DNA of 12,909 nucleotides from Salpingoeca rosetta (lineage: Eukaryota > Protista > Choanoflagellata), in the NCBI GenBank assembly GCA_033442325.1, contig JAWQFM010000018.1, forward strand, positions 1,063,196 to 1,076,104, in the 5' to 3' direction. Under the pieces are notes generated by a model. The model did not search any database. It worked only from the letters and a program-made list of their open reading frames with translations, and was not told where the DNA came from. Position numbers and translations under genes: made by a program. Below are positions 8,201 to 12,909 of this stretch, piece after piece. How positions within the stretch are numbered: the first letter of the stretch is position 1; every line of letters starts with the position of its first letter.

Positions 8201-11200
8201 CTCCTGGCACGAGTCGAGGTAGACGAGCAGCTGCAGTTTCTCTTGAAGACGCGACACACGCGAGAGCTGGTGGTGGTGGTGGTGGTGGCGGTGTTCGTGG
8301 TGTTCGTCGTGTCGGTAAGAGCTGACGGGCGCACATACACGCGCACACTGGCCAAACGCAGGCACGTTGCCAGTGTGTACAAACACATGTAACACGTGCA
8401 GCCACACATACACACGCATTCACACGCATACACATGCATACACAGCAGCAGAGTGCAGGTGGCAACACGGGATGGGCCAACCCTGTAGACGAAGAGGTCA
8501 ATCTCAGCCATGGCCTTGCCGCTGTCGTGCTGCTTGTTCAGGAGATCACGCTCCTCCTTCGTGGGCATAAAGTCGTGCAGCAGCAGCTCCGCCTTGTCTC
8601 CGGGCAGCGCGTCGCTGTTCAGGGCCTCGATGTTGCTGATGATCACGTCCACCTCCGTCCCAAGCCGCCGCTGCGCAATTGCTGGTGGAGGGCAGCGGTG
8701 TGTGTGAGTGTGTGCGTGAGTATGTGTGCGTATGTGAAAGAGTGAGCATGTGTGTGTGTGTGTGTGCGAGTATGCGAGTATGTGTGTGTGTGTGTTTGTG
8801 TGGGAGTGGAAGACATGAAGCAAGTACGAAAGCGTGTGTGAGTTCGTGTTCGCAGCTGTGAATGAATGCAAATGCGTGTGACACTATGTGTGTGAGAGAG
8901 CACGGTGCAAAGCCAGGCTCCCGCGAGAACGTGTGCCCGTGTACAAGAACACGGACCCAGCATCTTGCCCATCATTACCGAGGTTGCGGGCGCGGTTGAG
9001 GTCAAGTACGGTGTCAGGGCCCTTGCGAACTGTTGGCAGCAGCAAATTGGAAGACGCGAAGAAGTTCGGGGAAGGGGAGGGTGCAAGAGCAGGGCACATC
9101 ATCAATGTACACGCGTTACAGCAAGCCAAGGCAGGCAGGAAGGGAAGGAAACAAACAAAGCAGGAAGATATGTGCCTGGAAGGCCAGGCGAGTGAAGACA
9201 CAAGGGGGCACGCATCGGTACAGACATACACACACACATACATACATACATGCATAAAGACAGACACAGGTACAGGCACAGACGTGCACACGCACCGTCG
9301 CGGAATTGCTCTGGGCGATTGGCCTTGGCCTTGTGTTTGTTTGTAGCCTGAGACTGGAGCTTGAAGGCCTCTTTGAACGAGTCGAAGTTGACCGACTGAA
9401 GGACAGCCAACACACACACACACACACAGACAAATAGGCACACACACACACACAGACAAACATACGTGTTGATGTGTGAGCATGTTGTGAGTTGCACATG
9501 TGTATGTGTGATGAACACACAAGCAAGCGTATACGCATGCATGTGTGTTGCGTGTATATGTGCACATGTGCACCTCAAAGATTGCCTCGTCGTCAATGTC
9601 CTGGAAGACAGTGCCCTGGATGCGGTGCTCTGGAAGCGCTGACCAGTTGAGCAGCGGCAGCTTCACGTCAACCTAACGCACGGGCGGCACATGCACAGTG
9701 GCATGTGAATGGTGAGGGTGCGGGTGCTGATGAAGGTGGGTGGGTGGTTGAGATGGAACTTAATTCGGGAAGCAAGGAGCGTGACTCTGCCAAAGGCCGA
9801 GGGCTAAGCGACGTCGCATACACATACACATATACAGGAAGACAATAGAAAGAGAGCATGCATCACCACACCACCATACCTGGATCTTCCTCTTCTTCGG
9901 GCCAGCAGCAGTCGCTGTTTGGGACGAGAGAGCGAGAGCATGGGTGCGTGTGTGCGTGTGCGTGCATGTGTGAGTGTGTGAGTGAGTGAGTGAGAGAGAG
10001 TGAGAGAGAGTGAGAGAGAGAGAGAGAGTGAGTGAGTGAGTGAGTGAGTGAGTGTGTGAGTGAGTGAGTGTGTGTGTGTGTGTGTGTGAGTGAGTGAGTG
10101 TGTGTGTGTGTGTGTGTGAGTGAGTGAGTGAGAGAGTGAGAGAGTGAGTGGGTGAGTGAGTGAGTGAGTGAGTGAGTGAGTGAGTGAGTGAGTGAGTGAG
10201 TGAGTGAGTGGGTGAGTGAGTGTGCAAAGCCATGCTGGCGTGAGTCATCGTGGAACACATGGATGTGGTACGGATGGATGTGAGTGCTTGTCGGGCGTGT
10301 GTGTGTGATACAAAGCGGGCAGGTCAAGCAAGTTGCTTCGTCTTTGACATCACAACGAACGGATCCTTGCAGCAAGACCCACTTGGCATTGCTGGTGCAG
10401 GTGGAGGTGGAGGTGGAGGTGGAGGTGGTGGCGGCGGCGGTGGCGGGGCGACAGCTGGAGTCGTAGGCGCAGTATCGGGTGGTGCTGTGTTGAACAGAGG
10501 CGAGCAAACAAGCAAAGCAAAGGGGAAGTTATGATGTGCAAATGTGTACGAACGAAACAAATGGGGGCATGCCTCGCATGACGCACGTGCGTATGCGAGG
10601 GTGAGTGAGTGAGTGAGTGAGTGAGTGAGTGAGTGAGTGAGTGAGTGTGTGTGCATCATGTGTCTCATGTGCGCGCGTACGTGCGGCGGTGGTTGGCGCG
10701 TCCGTGGCCAGCGGTTCATCCATTGACGTGAAGTTGTCGCGAGTCAGCACAACTTTGGAGCCTACAAACACGCACGAGTGCATGTTTGTGTTGAAAGGAG
10801 GCCAGCGTGGAGTTTAGCAGACGTACGAGCGTGAGTGCGGCGGGGGCCGTGTGTTTAAGCGAGCAACAGCAGCAATGAAGACAGAACCACCACGACCACG
10901 ACCACGACCACGACCACCACCATCATCGTCATGTGTGTACCGTCTTGCGGGCGCTCGATGCGTCGAAGTGTCTCCGCAACGGAATTCGCCTCCTCCAATT
11001 TCTGATGCGAGGGCAGTAGCCCGCAGGTGGCAATGGTGGCGGTGGTGGTCGGAGCGGTAAGAAGATGGTGTGGTAACGTTCTCGGGCACAGAACAGAATT
11101 AGCACGCAAGACAGGGACACACCCACCCACCCACCCACTCCCCCCCCCACACACACGCCTGCTTGCAACAAAGCGGACACAGCATGTGCAAGCACCTTGG

Positions 11201-11551
11201 CGGCGGCTTGGAACTGGTCGCGAGTGGACTGGAGGTCGTGTTTGAGGACAGATATCTCGTGGCTGTAGCGCGACACGGCCGTCTCGTGCGCCGCCTTCTC
11301 CTCCTGCAGCCGCTCCTGCAGCCCATCGCACTGGTACTTGCTGTCCGCAAGGTCCTTGTGCAGCTCGCCTGGCGTGTGTGTGCGTGTGTGTGCGTGTGCG
11401 TGTGCGTGTGCGTGTGCGTGTGCGTGTGCGTGTGCGTGTGCGTGTGCGTGTGCGTGTGCGTGTGCGTGTGCGTGGTGGTGTGTGTGTGTGCGGGAGGGAT
11501 TGAGTGGGAGGGGGGGGGTAGCGGACGGGATTGAGTGAGGGTAGTGGGAAT

Positions 11552-11614
<63 letters not shown>

Positions 11615-12422
11615 TGATGACACGGGCAATTCGCGCAACGACTACACAGCGCAGCAAAACCACGCTCAAACCGCTCTTGTTTGTATCTGTTCACGTGCAG
11701 GCACATGGATGCGTGTGCGTGCATGTGCATGTGTACGCGAATGGAAAGTGCACGCACTTATAACGCCTGTGAGACGCTCCTCTTCCTTCTCCGCCGCCTT
11801 CTTCGTGTCAGCCAGTGACACCTGCGCAGAAGCAAGCCGTTGGCATGCGGTGTCAAGAATAGGCAGTGGCCGAGAAAGAATAGGAAGCCAAGGAGGAGAA
11901 AACGAAGAGGGGGGGGGGCGGGAAGTAATCACACACATACACAAACATAAACACAGTGCATGTTGGCTGGTGTCAAAACTCGATGGTATCATCAGTGACG
12001 TGTCAATACCTCCAGTTCCTGGATGCGCTCCAAGTCCTTCACACGCGCCTCGGCTTCACGCGCCTGAAACACACACGCACACACACACACACAAGTATTG
12101 GAATGTCAGTGCAGATGCAAGGGAGTGCATTAAGTGACGAGCATGTGCGTATGTGTGCCAAGTGGTTGATGATGCACGTGTTGCGTGGTTGTGTTTGTGG
12201 AGGCACATTAACAGGTGTCCATGTGTGTCCATGTGTGTCTACGTATCCATGTGTTTGTGCATCCAGGCATGCATGCGTGTGTGTGTGTGTGTGTACATGT
12301 GTGTACATGTGTGTGTGGCGAGCGCACCAGTTCTGCGACGTTCAGGAAGTTGTCCTGGTATGCGTCCATCTGCTCCTTGAGGGCGGGCGGTGCAGACTTG
12401 GACAGCTCCTGCACGCCCAAAT

Positions 12423-12477
<55 letters not shown>

Positions 12478-12707
12478 CACACACACACAGATACCAGTAC
12501 ACACAGCAGGTGTGCGTAATCTTGTGAGTGGTATGTTCGCAACAAGCAAACAAACAAACAAACAAACAAACAAACAAACAAACAAACAAACAAACAAACA
12601 AACAAACAAACAAACAAACAAACAAACAAACAAACAAACAAACAGCATCACGTTACCTCGATGAGCGGCATTAGGCCCAACTGCGTGAATTCCTCTTGCA
12701 GCGCAAC
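5192..12707 (-). CDS. FMNL: Diaphanous-related formin, FMNL/FRL-like (FH3 end, coiled coil, FH1, FH2, DAD); 5' part lies beyond the right edge; 22 exons visible, 707 aa
   Basis: All exons are GT-AG bounded and phase-consistent, summing to 2124 nt. Motifs: VALQEEFTQLGL...EQMDAYQDN (FH3); Pro16 (FH1); LPLLNWSAL...[41 protein letters not shown] and KYFAE (FH2); DGDIDQIITDMRTVGF (DAD, like FMNL DGAIEDIIT). The subfamily call rests on recalled similarity to animal FMNL. Confidence 0.93.
5445..5528 (-). CDS. formin DAD exon LRSEVGDGDIDQIITDMRTVGFRRPGLE
   Basis: acag / gtctgc; phase 0-0; DAD motif. Confidence 0.85.
5783..5956 (-). CDS. formin exon RAVEENAERQR...PKLRTVG
   Basis: ccaag (AAG acceptor) / gtgtgt; phase 0-0; post-FH2 helix A.EEN..R. 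Confidence 0.8.
6250..6385 (-). CDS. formin FH2 exon IDAAREIF...KYFAED...RRYFE
   Basis: acag / gttcgc; phase 2-0. Confidence 0.88.
6695..6726. repeat. (TGG)n microsatellite (intronic)
   Basis: Direct reading. Confidence 0.9.
6750..6876 (-). CDS. formin FH2 exon SLASMEADV...FRDAVMP
   Basis: gcag / gtgggt; phase 1-2. Confidence 0.85.
7112..7241 (-). CDS. formin FH2 exon LLDIRSRDRSQNLMNFV...DKAAA
   Basis: acag / gtgcat; phase 0-1. Confidence 0.9.
7529..7609 (-). CDS. formin FH2 exon [27 protein letters not shown]
   Basis: gcag / gtacgc; GNYxN FH2 signature. Confidence 0.95.
7773..7841 (-). CDS. formin FH2 exon NADVIVAASESLLASKKIKKLLE
   Basis: atag / gtttgt; phase 0-0. Confidence 0.88.
8180..8266 (-). 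CDS. formin FH2 exon LSRVSRLQEKLQLL...TIKP
   Basis: ccag / gtacgc; phase 0-0. Confidence 0.88.
8482..8681 (-). CDS. formin FH2 exon IAQRRLG...FMPTKEE...LFVYR
   Basis: ccag / gttggc; phase 1-0; carries the conserved actin-binding Ile. Confidence 0.88.
8979..9029 (-). CDS. formin FH2 exon RKGPDTVLDLNRARNL
   Basis: acag / gtaatg; phase 1-1. Confidence 0.88.
9296..9395 (-). CDS. formin FH2 exon SVNFDSFKEAFKL...QFRD
   Basis: ttcag / gtgcgt; phase 0-1. Confidence 0.85.
9574..9672 (-). CDS. formin FH2 lasso exon VDVKLPLLNWSAL...AIFE
   Basis: ttag / gtgcac; phase 0-0. Confidence 0.9.
9880..9914 (-). CDS. formin 35-nt exon TAAGPKKRKIQ
   Basis: acag / gtatgg; phase 1-0, needed to bridge the FH1 and FH2 phases. 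Confidence 0.8.
9968..10223. repeat. (TGAG)n/(TG)n/(GA)n compound microsatellite (intronic)
   Basis: Direct reading; a second (TGAG)n array lies at about 10601-10650. Confidence 0.95.
10383..10484 (-). CDS. formin FH1 exon (Pro16 tract)
   Basis: acag / gtgggt; phase 1-1; PAVA-P16-APAMP. Confidence 0.85.
10681..10761 (-). CDS. formin exon SKVVLTRDNFTSMDEPLATDAPTTAA
   Basis: ttgtag / gtacgc; phase 1-1. Confidence 0.7.
10941..11001 (-). CDS. formin exon KLEEANSVAETLRRIERPQD
   Basis: atcag / gtacac; phase 0-1. Confidence 0.75.
11196..11368 (-). CDS. formin exon ELHKDL...QFQAAAK (coiled coil)
   Basis: ccag / gtgctt; phase 1-0. Confidence 0.8.
11374..11473. repeat. (TGTGCG)n hexanucleotide microsatellite (intronic)
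   Basis: Direct reading. Confidence 0.95.
11553..11611. repeat. (CA)29 microsatellite (intronic)
   Basis: Direct reading. Confidence 0.95.
11758..11821 (-). CDS. formin exon VSLADTKKAAEKEEERLTGVI (coiled coil)
   Basis: gcag / gtgcgt; phase 0-1. Confidence 0.8.
12010..12063 (-). CDS. formin exon AREAEARVKDLERIQELE
   Basis: tttcag / gtattg; phase 0-0. Confidence 0.8.
12328..12408 (-). CDS. formin exon ELSKSAPPALKEQMDAYQDNFLNVAEL (FH3)
   Basis: gcag / gtgcgc; phase 0-0. Confidence 0.85.
12423..12644. repeat. (ACAG)n at 12423-12476 and (CAAA)n at 12547-12644 (intronic)
   Basis: Direct reading. Confidence 0.95.
12657..12707 (-). CDS. formin exon VALQEEFTQLGLMPLIE (FH3)
   Basis: tttag / gtaacg; phase 0-0. 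Confidence 0.85.
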
Positions 12708-12869
12708 CTAAACAGCAGAAACATACATATGCATGATGGGCGCATGAACACGGGGAGTGGCCATGAGGGCTGAGTGTGTACTTGCTTGTGCTTGCTTACG
12801 AATCAAGGCTTCTATGCGTGGTAGTGGTCATGCTCTCGTATCCACAACTCTTCAGACATGCTTCACGTA

Positions 12870-12907
<38 letters not shown>

Positions 12908-12909
12908 TG

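Noticed and set aside
12800-12870. GTAAGC donor-like site at 12799 (minus strand) suggesting another formin exon
   Set aside because: The required phase-0 frame has TGA immediately upstream and shows no FH3 similarity.

Overview
Eukaryotic, intron-dense, microsatellite-rich genomic DNA. The style (short GT-AG introns packed with CA/TG, GA, TGAG and AAAC repeats, plus animal-like gene families) fits a choanoflagellate such as Salpingoeca rosetta, which is an inference. Three genes are visible. (1) Minus strand, from ATG 2064 off the left edge: an intronless secreted protein with a signal peptide, one malectin domain, and a tandem array of near-identical 624-bp units (malectin domain + Thr40 linker). 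Three single-base insertions (672, 558, 46) break its frame as assembled. (2) Plus strand 2828-4700: a 3-exon Gln/Ser-rich CREB/ATF-type bZIP factor of about 499 aa, divergent from gene 1. (3) Minus strand, from beyond the right edge to 5192: an FMNL-type diaphanous-related formin. I reconstructed 22 phase-consistent exons by hand (707 aa: FH3 end, coiled coil, FH1, FH2, DAD). Most other ORFs in the track are microsatellite or antisense artefacts. The most novel-looking element is the tandem malectin-mucin lectin array.
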